This document shows, piece after piece, positions 8,993 to 19,708 of a DNA stretch of 64,000 nucleotides. Numbering within the stretch: the first letter of the stretch is position 1; the number at the start of each line of letters is the position of its first letter. The position numbers and the translations under genes are program-made. The DNA comes from Abditibacteriota bacterium (GTDB lineage: Bacteria; Armatimonadota; UBA5829). The notes beneath the pieces are model-generated. The model did not search any database and had not been told where the DNA came from. It worked only from the letters and a program-made list of their open reading frames with translations. The DNA lies in NCBI GenBank assembly GCA_942493375.1, contig OW818698.1, forward strand, positions 6,082,139 to 6,146,138, read 5' to 3'.

Positions 8993-11900
8993 GTGCGGAT
9001 ATATTTGATTGGTGTGATCTTAAGTCTATTATTTCCAGCTGCGGCATTTGCTGATGGTGCACTCATCGATAACAACCCGACCGGTGGGCACAGGGCGTAT
9101 TGGCCTGCTCCCGGGAGTTATGTTGGCGGCACCATGTGGACTATAGATGGTGACCCTATGGATATCTGGTCGCTACCGTTAGCTTCTACGAATCCAAAAG
9201 GACACTACAAGCTATATATTCTTGCGGGTGCACGCGATGGATCCCCATCTGCGTCGCAACTTGAGGTTGGACTCGGTAGTGTCGTTATTCCGGCAAGATG
9301 GAAGACTACCTGGACACCGGAGTGGGTTGGCCCTTTTGAGATTGTTACTGGCAAGTCTTTTAATGCGATCCAGTTCCGCTGCACTGGACCCACAGCTATC
9401 GATGCATTTTACCTCGCAAAAGCTTCCGATAATACACTTCCTCAGAATAGTTCAAAGATAAATCCACCAGCTATTATAGAGAAATGGAAGAGCGTCTGGA
9501 TCGATTTTGTGGACTCACATCTGCATCCTGCATGGTTTACTCCAAAAGACAGTGTGCAGGTGAGAGTCAGGTCCAACTCTACAGTTTCCGCTGAACAGGT
9601 ACTGGTTAAGTGTATCGTTTTGGATTATGACCATAAGCCTGTCGCTCAGCAGGAATGGCCAATCAAACTGCCTGGCAACCCACAAGAGACATTGCTCAAT
9701 ATTAGTGTGCCAGCAAAGTATGGTCCGTATCTGCTTCGCTTTACTATGGAATCCGGTGAGTATAAGCAGGAATATCAGTATGTTGTAGCTAGGGTGCAGG
9801 CGCCTTTGGCGTTTGTGGGTGATGAGCGATTGAACGGGCATTTCTACTCTACGCCTTTCTCTGAGTCCCTGGCTGCATATATTGGTGCAAGGTCAACACG
9901 GCTCTGGGATGTGGCAGGCAATGCTCTATGGCGCAATGTTGAACCGGAGAAAGGTGTCTGGAAATGGGATGATAATCTGGCGAGATTTCCATTGGGTAAA
10001 GTGAGTCTGCTGGGAGTGCTGGAAACCCAGCCTGCGTGGTCAACCAAAGACTCATTCAAGGACACGACAGAGTGGCTGGAATATGTTAAGCAGACTGTCT
10101 CACACTTCCGCGGCCGTATCGACAGCTGGGAGGTTTTCAATGAGAGGTTCTACCAGAAAGAGCCTGATAATGAATATGCAAGCCTGGTGCGCAAGACCAT
10201 TGCCGCGGCTCGATCAGCGAATCCATCGGTAAAGATCGGTGGTCCGTGTGGACCTCCAGAGGAAGTGCCTGGGGCATTGGATTTTTGGAGAGCAATAGGT
10301 GAACGTGGACTCCTTAAGGACTTTGACTTCATCACCGGTCACTTTTATGTCGGTGGCGGTGGCACATATCCTATTGATCAGGACGTTGCACTGGATGGCA
10401 TGCTGGGCAGAGTGCGGGAAATATGCGATAAATACGGCGCTAAAGATAAGCCATTATGGAACTCCGAGGCAGGAATCGGTCCGAATGAATCGTTCTTTGT
10501 TGGCAGGAACACTCCATATGGGATATTTGCAGGAACAGGTTTCAACCAGCGTGATCCTGTGACTTATCGGGTTGGAGCTGCGATGATGTCCCGTCTGGCT
10601 TTGACCCACCTGTGGCACAACTGTCGGTGGTACTACTACTATTGCGGGAGCGGATATGGTAGTGCATGGGCTATGTGTGACTTCCCTGATAACACTCCAT
10701 TGCCCCTTGCCGTTGCTTACGCGCAGACCAATCGGATGATGAAAAGCGCTAAAGCTGCAGGCAGAGTGAAGATTGATGGAGGGCTGTTTGGGTTTAAATT
10801 CGATGTAAAAGGAACCCACACGGCGGTCTTATGGTCATTAAAGTTGAAAGCCGGGGAAACACGCACTATCAACTGGCCAAACGCCCGGGTGATGCTCAGA
10901 GACATGTTCGGAAATCCTATTCCGAAGGCTGATGTCCACAATATCGGCATCTCTCCAGTATATATTTCAGGCAGCAAAGTACAGGTTGAAGCAGCACTTG
11001 CAGCGATCAAAGTTACGTCCAAGATCGACCAGCAGGCGGGACCATCGGAGATCGTTTTTGACCTTACAGATAGTAAACGATCCCCGTGCGCTGCGGTTTC
11101 TGCTGATAGTTCGGAAGCTGGAAGCACTCCTGAGAATGTGCGGGATGCTGAAGTTGGCGGGGTATGGACTTCAGCGTCAGCCAAAGGTGAGCATTGGGTT
11201 GAGTATAAGTGGCCGGAAGCCATTGAAGTTAATCGGGTGTTGTGTGAATGGCCGGCAGACAAACTGCCGGACGGATATATGATTGAGTGGTGGGATGGAC
11301 TGGCGTGGAAGCCATGCTCTCCGTTCTATGAAGGATTCCGTAAACCCGGTCTACCGCTGGAAAACTACTTGCTCTCACAGCCAGCGAAGACAGACAGGCT
11401 TCGGATGCTTGTTCGCAGCGATTCTGCTAAGCCTGCCAGCATTACAGAGTTTAGAGCATATTACATTCCTCTGCTGACTTCTCCAAAAATAGAGATGCAG
11501 GAGCTGTGGAACCGTAAGTTCGAAGTAGATAGTGATGGATATATACGCGATTGGCTGGTCTGCGGTCCATTCCCAAGCCCGGGAAATCGATATGAGACCG
11601 ATGGTACGCGTAAAGTAGTCAACTGGGATACGGACTTCCTGGTTGATGACTGGATATACGGTCCTAATCATCCTGAGGCTGCAATAAGGCCGTTTGTCGG
11701 AATGAAACACGCTGTGCGTTTCCCCGCAGTCCAAAGCGCTCCCTGGAAACCAATGGAAGTATATGTTGTCTGGCAACCAGTTCACGCATCTTCTGGCTTT
11801 GTTGACATATCAAAATCGCTCATGAATGATGTGATATCCATTGCTGGTAAGGAAGTAGAGCAGTGCTTTGGTTATATGTATTGCAATGTTGTTTGTGCTA

Positions 11901-12166
11901 ACGAGATTGATGCAAAGCTGTCTGTCGGCTCTGATGATGGATACAGGATATGGATTGATGGAGTTTTGACAGCTGAGAAGCAGGCTTTCCGAAGTGCGGT
12001 TCCCGATCAGGAGAGCTATCCGGTAAAACTCACTAGAGGCACTCACCAAATACTGGTTAAGCTGCATAATGACATCGGTGGGCATGGTCTCTATCTGCGG
12101 TTTATAGATGTTAAGTCTGCTAGACCATTCACAAGTTTGGACGTGTTTCTTAAGAATCTTCAATAG
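8993..12166 (+). CDS. Secreted clan GH-A glycoside hydrolase with C-terminal F5/8 type C (discoidin) and PA14 domains
   Basis: GTG start at 8993 with GGAGG at 5-nt spacing; the upstream ATG at 8945 lies inside a repeat hairpin. Signal peptide LLFPAAAFA. WEVFNE is the acid/base motif of GH5/GH39-like enzymes. EHWVEYKWPEAIEVNRVLCEWP...WWDGLAWKP is discoidin-like. YMYCNVVCANEIDAKLSVGSDDGYRIWIDG is PA14-like. Confidence 0.6.
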   Translation: MRIYLIGVILSLLFPAAAFADGALIDNNPTGGHRAYWPAPGSYVGGTMWTIDGDPMDIWSLPLASTNPKGHYKLYILAGARDGSPSASQLEVGLGSVVIPARWKTTWTPEWVGPFEIVTGKSFNAIQFRCTGPTAIDAFYLAKASDNTLPQNSSKINPPAIIEKWKSVWIDFVDSHLHPAWFTPKDSVQVRVRSNSTVSAEQVLVKCIVLDYDHKPVAQQEWPIKLPGNPQETLLNISVPAKYGPYLLRFTMESGEYKQEYQYVVARVQAPLAFVGDERLNGHFYSTPFSESLAAYIGARSTRLWDVAGNALWRNVEPEKGVWKWDDNLARFPLGKVSLLGVLETQPAWSTKDSFKDTTEWLEYVKQTVSHFRGRIDSWEVFNERFYQKEPDNEYASLVRKTIAAARSANPSVKIGGPCGPPEEVPGALDFWRAIGERGLLKDFDFITGHFYVGGGGTYPIDQDVALDGMLGRVREICDKYGAKDKPLWNSEAGIGPNESFFVGRNTPYGIFAGTGFNQRDPVTYRVGAAMMSRLALTHLWHNCRWYYYYCGSGYGSAWAMCDFPDNTPLPLAVAYAQTNRMMKSAKAAGRVKIDGGLFGFKFDVKGTHTAVLWSLKLKAGETRTINWPNARVMLRDMFGNPIPKADVHNIGISPVYISGSKVQVEAALAAIKVTSKIDQQAGPSEIVFDLTDSKRSPCAAVSADSSEAGSTPENVRDAEVGGVWTSASAKGEHWVEYKWPEAIEVNRVLCEWPADKLPDGYMIEWWDGLAWKPCSPFYEGFRKPGLPLENYLLSQPAKTDRLRMLVRSDSAKPASITEFRAYYIPLLTSPKIEMQELWNRKFEVDSDGYIRDWLVCGPFPSPGNRYETDGTRKVVNWDTDFLVDDWIYGPNHPEAAIRPFVGMKHAVRFPAVQSAPWKPMEVYVVWQPVHASSGFVDISKSLMNDVISIAGKEVEQCFGYMYCNVVCANEIDAKLSVGSDDGYRIWIDGVLTAEKQAFRSAVPDQESYPVKLTRGTHQILVKLHNDIGGHGLYLRFIDVKSARPFTSLDVFLKNLQ

Positions 12167-12568
12167 CCTGTTTTGTCATGTATAGAGAATGCTAGTAGTA
12201 TACTGTGTGACAAACGGGAAAAGTCAATGAATGCCATTATAGTAGATGACTTGTATTGCATAAAATGAAGTCAATTGTGTGAAGTGCAATGGTGCATGCT
12301 TAGGTAATATTGCACTGTAGATAGGTGTATATCTTTAGACTGGCCTCGAAAAACACCTTAAATACTTTCGCAAATCTTTAAAACTCCCCTAAGTATTATC
12401 GCGACAAAACCAATCATATGATATGTATCTGCAATTGATACATAGTGGAGCGCATCGTATCTCGTAAGGGCATCATATTACATATATGCTTGCTGTGCAA
12501 GAAACTGCTGTCACTATGCAGATGCTGGAATGTGTTTTGTGCGTGAACAACTTTACAGGAGAACAAAA

Positions 12569-15500
12569 ATGAGGATGAACTCGATCAAACTACTGCCGAG
12601 GGTGCTTGGTGCATTTGTAATAGTGGCCGCTATTGCTGCTGCAATCGGCATTCAGGGTCTTTCCGGAATGGGTTTTGCTAATAAGTCATATGAAGCAGTA
12701 ACCCACATTCACATCCCCAGCAGCTCTGCAATACAGGCAATAAGAGCACAAGTCTTGTTTGCTCGGCTTGCAGAGAGAAGTCTCATAATACCTTCTCTGA
12801 ACGATAAAGTTAAAAATACAAATGTGAAGCGTTTCTCCTCAGCATTTAAGTTGCTGGAGGAAGCCCGCAAGAAATATGAATCGATTCCTCAGCAGAAAAA
12901 TGAATCAGCTGCTTGGAAGAAGTTTGGTCCAGCTTACGATGATTGGAAAGAAAAGATAGACACAGTTGTGGGTATGGCCAAAGCTGGGAAGTTTGTTGAG
13001 GCACAGGCATATTCTTATGGTGCGGCCAGGGATAGTTATAATGCTCTGAATGATGTGATTGACGAGATGGAAGCCATAAATACGAAAAGTGTCAGTCAGA
13101 ATCATCATGCGTTTGATGCTGCATATATTAGAGTCAAGAACATCATGACCGGCATTATCGTAATTGGTGTTCTTATTGCCGTTGCTTTCGGTATTGTTAT
13201 TGCTTTTGGTGTCTCGAAACCCATCATGGCAATTAGAAACGTTGCTAACCAGATTGCTTTAGGTGAAGTGGATGTAGAACTGAAACACGGCGGCAAAGAC
13301 GAAGTCGCCGATCTCACTCTGGCGATGCAACAGATGGTTGATGGTATAAAGGTCACTGTTGATGCAGCTGAACAGATATCCAAGGGTGACATGTCAGCGC
13401 ATGTAGAACCACGCTCTGACAAAGACATACTCTCCTACGCTATAAACAATGTCGTTGAATCAGTAAATGGACTTGTATCTGAAGCCACCATGCTTAGCAC
13501 AGCGGCTGTTCAAGGACGTTTGGACACCAGGGGAGATGCGGCTCATTTCGAAGGTGGGTTCCGGGATATAGTGGTCGGAGTTAACGAGACACTCGACGCT
13601 GTGATTGGACCTCTCAATGTTGCTGCTGAATATGTTGAACGGATCTCCAATGGCGATATACCTGCCAGGATTACTGACAACTATAATGGTGATTTCAATG
13701 AGATCAAAAACAACCTGAATAAGTGTATAGACGCGGTAAATATAATGACCGCTGATGCACAGATGCTGAGCATTGCAGCGGTAGCGGGATTACTCGATAC
13801 AAGAGCTGATGCTACTAAACATCAGGGAGATTTCAGGAAGATTGTTACCGGAGTCAACGATACTCTGGATGCAGTCATTCAACCTTTGAATGTTGCCGCA
13901 GAATATGTTGAACGGATCTCCAATGGAGACATACCGGTCAAGATAACAGATAATTACAATGGTGATTTCAATGCGATCAAGAACAACCTGAACAAGTGTA
14001 TTGACTCTGTAAACGCGTTAATAGCTGATGCGGTATTGCTCAGTGAAGCTGCTGTTGAAGGCAAACTCGATATTCGAGCGGATGTTACAAAGCACCAGGG
14101 AGATTTCCGCAAAATCGTTCAAGGTGTAAATGAAACACTAGACTCAGTCATAGGGCCTTTGAATGTGGCTGCTGAGTATGTGGAGCGAATCTCCAATGGG
14201 GACATCCCTGTAAAGATCACTGACAATTACAATGGCGATTTCAACGAAATCAAGATCAATTTGAACCGGTGCATAGATTCGGTCAATGCTCTTGTTGCAG
14301 ACGCAAATATGCTGAGCGGAGCAGCAGTTGAAGGTAAACTCGACACCAGAGCCGATGCAAGCAAGCATGGTGGTGATTTCCGCAAGATAGTAGAGGGTGT
14401 TAATGATACTCTGGATGCAGTCATCCAACCACTCAATGTTGCTGCTGAGTATGTAGAGCGGATTTCCAATGGAGATATTCCTCTCAAGATCACAGATAGC
14501 TACAATGGTGATTTCAATGAGATCAAAAACAACCTTAACAAGTGTATAGATGCAGTGAATGCTATGGTGAGTGATGCCGATATGCTCAGTGTTGCGGCTG
14601 TAGAAGGGCGACTAGACACAAGGGCCGATGTAGCCAGGCACGGTGGCGATTTCCGCAAGATAATCGAGGGAGTCAATAATACTCTGGACTCCGTTATAGG
14701 ACCGTTGAATGTTGCTGCCGAATATGTAGAGCGGATCTCGAATGGTGATGTCCCGGCTAAGATTATCGATAGCTACAATGGTGACTTTAACGCGATCAAA
14801 AATAACCTCAACAGATGTATAGATTCTGTAAATGCGTTAATAGTGGATGCATCTGAATTAAGTGATGCTGCTGTGCATGGAAGACTGGATACTCGAGCCG
14901 ATGCAAAAAGGCACCAGGGAGATTTCAAGAAGATCGTGGATGGTGTGAACCAGACACTGGATTCGATTGTTGGTAATCTGGAAGCTATACCATCACCGAT
15001 CCAGTTCATGGATATGAACCACAATATCCAGTACATAAACAAAGCAGGAGCACAGTGGCTTGGAAAGAGCAAAGAGGAACTCACTCATTGCAAATGTGCG
15101 GATGTTTGGAAGTCGTCTAATTGCGGGACGAAGGATTGCACATGCACAAATGCCGTGCAGATTGACGACAGTTACGAACACGCAAATGATACCCAGATTG
15201 GCGATAAGCACCTGGATATCCACTGTGTGGCAGCTCCTCTCAAGGACCAGAATGGGAAAATAGTAGGTGCATTCGAGTTCATTATTGACCAGTCTGAGGT
15301 CGTTAATACTGCTCGAGTGATTAAGAAAGTCGGTCAGTATCAGGATGCTGAAGTTGAGAAACTCAGATCTGCCCTGGCACAGTTTGCACAGCGCAACCTT
15401 ACAGTCAGTGTAGACACTGAATCTGCTGATGCTGATACATTGGACACCAAAGAAAAATTCGACATGATCGCAGATGCTTTCAACGATTGTGTTTCATCCA

Positions 15501-16672
15501 TGAGTAGTGTTATAGGGCATGTCGCGGAGGCTGCCACCAAAGTGGCTGATTCGACCTCAATGCTCTCAAAGACTGCCACCAGTGTAGGAGATGCATCTCA
15601 GCAGATCGCTGAGACGGTTGACCAGGTTGCTAAAGGATCTCAAGAACAGTCAAAGACTGTTATGAACAGTGCAGAAGCTATGGAGCAGCTGATGAGAGCC
15701 ATCGACGAAGTAGCGGCAGGAGCTCAAAACCAGGCTAAGCAGGTAGATGAGACTGTTGGACTTATTCAACAGATAACTGCTGCTATCGATGAAGTTGCAA
15801 AGAATAGTAACAATGTAGCCCATGCGAGTCGTCAGGTAAGTGAAGTAGCAGTTCAGGGTGGATTACAGGTTTCTAAGTCAGGTGAAGGCATGCTCAGGAT
15901 CAAGGATGCAACCGATAAGGTAGGCAGCATGGTCCAGCAACTTGGTGACAGTAGTAAACAGATAGGTGCTATCGTTGAAACTATCGATGATATAGCTGAA
16001 CAGACCAACCTGCTGGCCCTGAATGCTGCAATCGAGGCAGCAAGGGCAGGGGAACACGGCAAGGGGTTTGCAGTAGTTGCCGATGAAGTGCGTAAACTGG
16101 CTGAAAGATCCAGCAAGGCAACCGGTGAGATTGCTGATCTTATAGGTTCGATGCAGCAGATGATAACGGCTGCGGTATCGGGAATGCAGGACTCCGGTAA
16201 GTTGGTTGCTGAGGGAACTCAACTCTCTGTGGATGCTGGAGATGCGTTGAAGAGCATTCAGGGTGCAGTCGAGGGGATCGTTTCACAGATAGACAATATG
16301 GCTTCTGCAGCTCAGCAGATGTCTGCATCGAGTACAGAAGTTGTGAGAGCGATAGAGAATGTATCTGCAGTTACAGAAGAAACAACCGCTGCTGCAGAAG
16401 AAATGGCTGCATCCAGCGCTGAGGTATCCAGGCAGATAGAACAGGTAGCAGCTGTGAGTGAGGAGAATGCTGCCGCTGCGCAGGAAGTAAGCGCTACAAC
16501 CCAGGAGCAGACTGCTGCTGCTGAAGAGATGAGCGCGGGAACTGAGGATCTTTCAGGGATGGCTGTGGAGTTGAAGGAGCTTGTTTCTGAGTTCAAACTG
16601 GATGCAGATAGTGATACTCTAAAGAGTGTCACAAAAAAGGGTACCATACGGAATTCGCGCAAGGCTGCATAG
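12569..16672 (+). CDS. Methyl-accepting chemotaxis protein with a poly-HAMP repeat array and a Cys-rich PAS domain
   Basis: AGGAGA RBS before the ATG at 12569. TM1 is followed by a 4-helix-bundle sensor, then TM2, then a HAMP domain. Five to six tandem about 93-aa units follow, each with a HAMP-like core ([35 protein letters not shown]). Next is a PAS-like domain with HCKC...NCGTKDCTC...HC. The canonical MCP signalling motif [33 protein letters not shown] is present. Confidence 0.85.
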   Translation: MRMNSIKLLPRVLGAFVIVAAIAAAIGIQGLSGMGFANKSYEAVTHIHIPSSSAIQAIRAQVLFARLAERSLIIPSLNDKVKNTNVKRFSSAFKLLEEARKKYESIPQQKNESAAWKKFGPAYDDWKEKIDTVVGMAKAGKFVEAQAYSYGAARDSYNALNDVIDEMEAINTKSVSQNHHAFDAAYIRVKNIMTGIIVIGVLIAVAFGIVIAFGVSKPIMAIRNVANQIALGEVDVELKHGGKDEVADLTLAMQQMVDGIKVTVDAAEQISKGDMSAHVEPRSDKDILSYAINNVVESVNGLVSEATMLSTAAVQGRLDTRGDAAHFEGGFRDIVVGVNETLDAVIGPLNVAAEYVERISNGDIPARITDNYNGDFNEIKNNLNKCIDAVNIMTADAQMLSIAAVAGLLDTRADATKHQGDFRKIVTGVNDTLDAVIQPLNVAAEYVERISNGDIPVKITDNYNGDFNAIKNNLNKCIDSVNALIADAVLLSEAAVEGKLDIRADVTKHQGDFRKIVQGVNETLDSVIGPLNVAAEYVERISNGDIPVKITDNYNGDFNEIKINLNRCIDSVNALVADANMLSGAAVEGKLDTRADASKHGGDFRKIVEGVNDTLDAVIQPLNVAAEYVERISNGDIPLKITDSYNGDFNEIKNNLNKCIDAVNAMVSDADMLSVAAVEGRLDTRADVARHGGDFRKIIEGVNNTLDSVIGPLNVAAEYVERISNGDVPAKIIDSYNGDFNAIKNNLNRCIDSVNALIVDASELSDAAVHGRLDTRADAKRHQGDFKKIVDGVNQTLDSIVGNLEAIPSPIQFMDMNHNIQYINKAGAQWLGKSKEELTHCKCADVWKSSNCGTKDCTCTNAVQIDDSYEHANDTQIGDKHLDIHCVAAPLKDQNGKIVGAFEFIIDQSEVVNTARVIKKVGQYQDAEVEKLRSALAQFAQRNLTVSVDTESADADTLDTKEKFDMIADAFNDCVSSMSSVIGHVAEAATKVADSTSMLSKTATSVGDASQQIAETVDQVAKGSQEQSKTVMNSAEAMEQLMRAIDEVAAGAQNQAKQVDETVGLIQQITAAIDEVAKNSNNVAHASRQVSEVAVQGGLQVSKSGEGMLRIKDATDKVGSMVQQLGDSSKQIGAIVETIDDIAEQTNLLALNAAIEAARAGEHGKGFAVVADEVRKLAERSSKATGEIADLIGSMQQMITAAVSGMQDSGKLVAEGTQLSVDAGDALKSIQGAVEGIVSQIDNMASAAQQMSASSTEVVRAIENVSAVTEETTAAAEEMAASSAEVSRQIEQVAAVSEENAAAAQEVSATTQEQTAAAEEMSAGTEDLSGMAVELKELVSEFKLDADSDTLKSVTKKGTIRNSRKAA
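13440..15000 (+). repeat. Intragenic tandem DNA repeat, about 279-bp period and about 5.5 copies, encoding the poly-HAMP array
   Basis: GCTGAATATGTTGAACGGATCTCCAATGG recurs at 13625, 13904, 14173, 14452 and 14722. Neighbouring units are roughly 80-85% identical at the nucleotide level. Confidence 0.8.
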
Positions 16673-16713
16673 TGTAGCTTAAACAAGATGACATAAAGTA
16701 TGACACGGGCAAT

Positions 16714-16746
16714 GAGTGTTGGTGTTCTTCCCCCTCACCAACACTC
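16714..16746. terminator. Bidirectional hairpin terminator between the convergent MCP and GH genes
   Basis: GAGTGTTGGTG-TTCTTCCCCCTC-ACCAACACTC, a perfect 11-bp stem. Confidence 0.5.
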
Positions 16747-16762
16747 AAATCGCCTGCAGTCT

Positions 16763-19585
16763 TCATTTCTTATTCGGAAATACCATACTACCCCAGCGCA
16801 GTGGATTATTCCAATTGTCCGCACCACCATTCCAAACCCTTCCGCCAGCATCTAGATCGAAACCCCATTTGTCTCCAGCATTCGGACGTTTACCAAAATA
16901 GTCCCAGGGGATTAAAGCTTCTATTGTCCAGAAGTTGACGCCTTGAAAGGAAGCCACTTTAGCTCTGGGAATGATATCACCAGAAGCAAGACCGGTTTTT
17001 GCAGCTGCGCTAATATGTGCAGCCTGCGCTGGTCCGTTGTTCTTTGTTAATGGAGCCAGTCCGAACTGGAAATGGTTATCAGACATGAACGGGTATTTAT
17101 TGCTGTCCACAGTTGATACATATACTCGCGCACAGGAACCAGCCCAAATCCACCATCCGGTATTATCGTTTTTTGCCGGGATCATATCGTCAACCTTTGC
17201 AGCTACCAGGAGCCCTTCCGGGGAATACCCGACACCGAAACGGCTGACACTTTCGGCTGTTTTAGCGTTTTTTCGTCCAATCCCGGCAAATGCCATAGCT
17301 CCCGCGCTCATACCACCTTGCCTGCCTATCGTAACCGGCAGCTTTCCCCAGTCAGATAGGTTTCCATCGATATTTATCTGTCCGGAAGGAAAAGGGATAA
17401 CGCTTACCCTCCTTATTTGCCTGGGTCTCAAGGTGGTTGGTAATGGGCTGAGTGAAGGCATTAATCTGCAACTTATGTATATAAAAACCGGATCTTCATC
17501 CGCCAATACTTGCCATTGCTTGCCGATCTTTCGCAAACGTTTTTGATTGAGCTCTCCACCCCACAAGTCTTCATTAGATACAGGTCGTCCAGGCAGATTT
17601 ATCCACTTTTGTTTGCCTCCGGTTTTAACGGTGTCGGTCCAGACTGTCAACAATGTGCAATCTGGTTTCCAGATGGTCTTCCACGCCCATACATGACTAT
17701 ATTTAGGCATGCCAGATATTATGCCCAGGAATCTTGACCGTTCGAGATGTCTCGATGTGACTGCTATTGCATTCAAACTGAGCTTGGGTTTGCCAGAGTA
17801 ATCGATTAACCCGAAGTTATGTTCCGGGTCTGCTCTATTGGATCCCCAGTCGGTCATAATGTGGAGTGAGACTCGTTTTACACCGGCAGCCAGGCTGATA
17901 ATGTATGTGCGTGAGAAGAAGCATGCCTGCTGAAACTGGGTGACCTTCATATAGCCGGGTGTATCAACTGTTTGAGTCGGCCATCCGATCTCCGAGAATA
18001 TTATTGACTGTCCGTTACCGTAGTCTTTGATAACCTTGTGTAACCTGAGTATATCCTCCAGTAGTCCGTCCTCAGGACCCTGGTCTGTATGTCGATAAGG
18101 ATGGATGTCCACTATGGCGAACTTCGGACTAAGCCCGGCATCGAAGAGTCTCTTAATATAACCTACATCGGCATCTCCCGTTGTCCCGAGGACCATTTTC
18201 GCTTTAGGGTTGATTGAATGGACTGAGTCTGCAGCGGTGCTACATAGTTCGACAAACTGGGCTAGTGTGCCTTTCCATGATCCATAGGGCTCGTTATTTG
18301 GCTCATTCCATATCTCAAATTCGGGATCATATATACCAAGAGTTCGCTTTGTTAGCTCTTTGCAATAGGTTGAGTAATCGGTTAGGCAGTCCGGTTTAGG
18401 AGGGCCGTGTATACCGAGAGCCGGATCCAGCTGGGCCCAACCGGGAGTCCAGGAGAGTGAATGGCGGACGATCAGGCCGTAAGCCAGTGCATCCGATGAA
18501 ACTTTGGCCGGATCTTCTCCCCAGTTATAAATACCCCGGCCTTCGTTGCACACAGTGACCCATGTCGGGCTCCCAGCACGGTCTGAGTGAACACCGATCT
18601 TCTTTGCAAGAACAGGGAAAGCTCGCACTCCGACAATGCTGAATGGCGATGCCTTCATCTGCTCAATGGTAAGTGGATGTGCAGGTTTGACAATCGTAAA
18701 GAGGTTCTTTGCGACTACTTTTCCTCCACCGGGAATCGACAATTGGAGTTCGTAGCTGCCAGGTGTAAGATCAGGCAAGTCAGCGGTGAAGGTTCGCCCG
18801 AATGGCTTTACCAAACAATTTCCTGCTGGCATGTTTCTGCCCCGATCAAATACTGAAAGGGTAGGGGATTTACCCGGTAGACACTCATTAAGTAGGTCGA
18901 TTATGGCCTTTGGGGGAGAAAAATCATAATATACGTTTGCCTGCTCAGATGGGATTAGGCTGACTTCGGTGGTTTCAGTTGCATCTATTGCTGAGAAATC
19001 GGCAGTTGTATACTCCAGTATTCCACCTTCGTTTTTACCGCTGAAATCCACATTTCCGATGAATCCATCCATGTTAAAACGAATGGTGATTTCAGTGGTC
19101 TTTCTCGGAAGCGTGATCCAGTCCAATTGACTGACCGGAATGTCTCCGCTTATACGGTAACCGGGGAAGTCTTTGCTGATGCGGAATATTTCTCTGAAAT
19201 CCGGGGAAGTGTTTGTAGAGCAATCGATGTAGAAGTCACCCTCGCCAAGGTCTATACCTGCGCAGTATGGAGTGGACATCCGGAACCGGGAAACAGGTTT
19301 GGAGAATTTATATGCCATGCTCCAGAAACAATGACCGCCGGCGGATTTACTAATACTTAAGGCTGGACTGTCTTCTGAATCAGTCATCTGCTGACCTGGA
19401 TGGAATGTAACACCCCAGGCGTTGTTCCAATACCAGACTCTGTTGGCGCCGGTTCCTATTGTTTCTTTGAAGGTGGTGCCATAGCGGTCGGTGGGTAGAA
19501 TGTTGGGACTTCCCTGCCTCCACTGGGCTGCATTTACAGATAGCGAAAGCAGCAAAACCAATATCGCAGCGTAAATAGTCTTCAT
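16763..19585 (-). CDS. Secreted clan GH-A glycoside hydrolase with a C-terminal CBM9/DOMON-like module
   Basis: Signal peptide MKTIYAAILVLLLSLSVNA. FEIWNEPNNEP is the acid/base motif and IFSEIGWP is the nucleophile motif of GH5/GH39-like enzymes. The C-terminal INIDGNLSDWGKL...WTIEALIPW is CBM9-like. Confidence 0.6.
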   Translation of the reverse strand: MKTIYAAILVLLLSLSVNAAQWRQGSPNILPTDRYGTTFKETIGTGANRVWYWNNAWGVTFHPGQQMTDSEDSPALSISKSAGGHCFWSMAYKFSKPVSRFRMSTPYCAGIDLGEGDFYIDCSTNTSPDFREIFRISKDFPGYRISGDIPVSQLDWITLPRKTTEITIRFNMDGFIGNVDFSGKNEGGILEYTTADFSAIDATETTEVSLIPSEQANVYYDFSPPKAIIDLLNECLPGKSPTLSVFDRGRNMPAGNCLVKPFGRTFTADLPDLTPGSYELQLSIPGGGKVVAKNLFTIVKPAHPLTIEQMKASPFSIVGVRAFPVLAKKIGVHSDRAGSPTWVTVCNEGRGIYNWGEDPAKVSSDALAYGLIVRHSLSWTPGWAQLDPALGIHGPPKPDCLTDYSTYCKELTKRTLGIYDPEFEIWNEPNNEPYGSWKGTLAQFVELCSTAADSVHSINPKAKMVLGTTGDADVGYIKRLFDAGLSPKFAIVDIHPYRHTDQGPEDGLLEDILRLHKVIKDYGNGQSIIFSEIGWPTQTVDTPGYMKVTQFQQACFFSRTYIISLAAGVKRVSLHIMTDWGSNRADPEHNFGLIDYSGKPKLSLNAIAVTSRHLERSRFLGIISGMPKYSHVWAWKTIWKPDCTLLTVWTDTVKTGGKQKWINLPGRPVSNEDLWGGELNQKRLRKIGKQWQVLADEDPVFIYISCRLMPSLSPLPTTLRPRQIRRVSVIPFPSGQINIDGNLSDWGKLPVTIGRQGGMSAGAMAFAGIGRKNAKTAESVSRFGVGYSPEGLLVAAKVDDMIPAKNDNTGWWIWAGSCARVYVSTVDSNKYPFMSDNHFQFGLAPLTKNNGPAQAAHISAAAKTGLASGDIIPRAKVASFQGVNFWTIEALIPWDYFGKRPNAGDKWGFDLDAGGRVWNGGADNWNNPLRWGSMVFPNKK

Positions 19586-19708
19586 TCAGCCTCCAAGGGT
19601 ATGTTCTGTCATTCCTCAGTATGACAGGCTTGCCAGAAATTGTGGTGCGGGCTTCCAGCCTGCCACTCTCCGGGTTCTTTGGAGGGTGGCAGGTCTCACA
19701 AGTTTATC

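Noticed and set aside
10717-11262. Antisense ORFs inside large genes (for example 10717..11262, 20066..20782, 41969..42664, 57176..57658, 59191..59595)
   Set aside because: They overlap well-supported genes on the opposite strand, lack RBS and homology signals, and have a biased composition typical of antisense frames.
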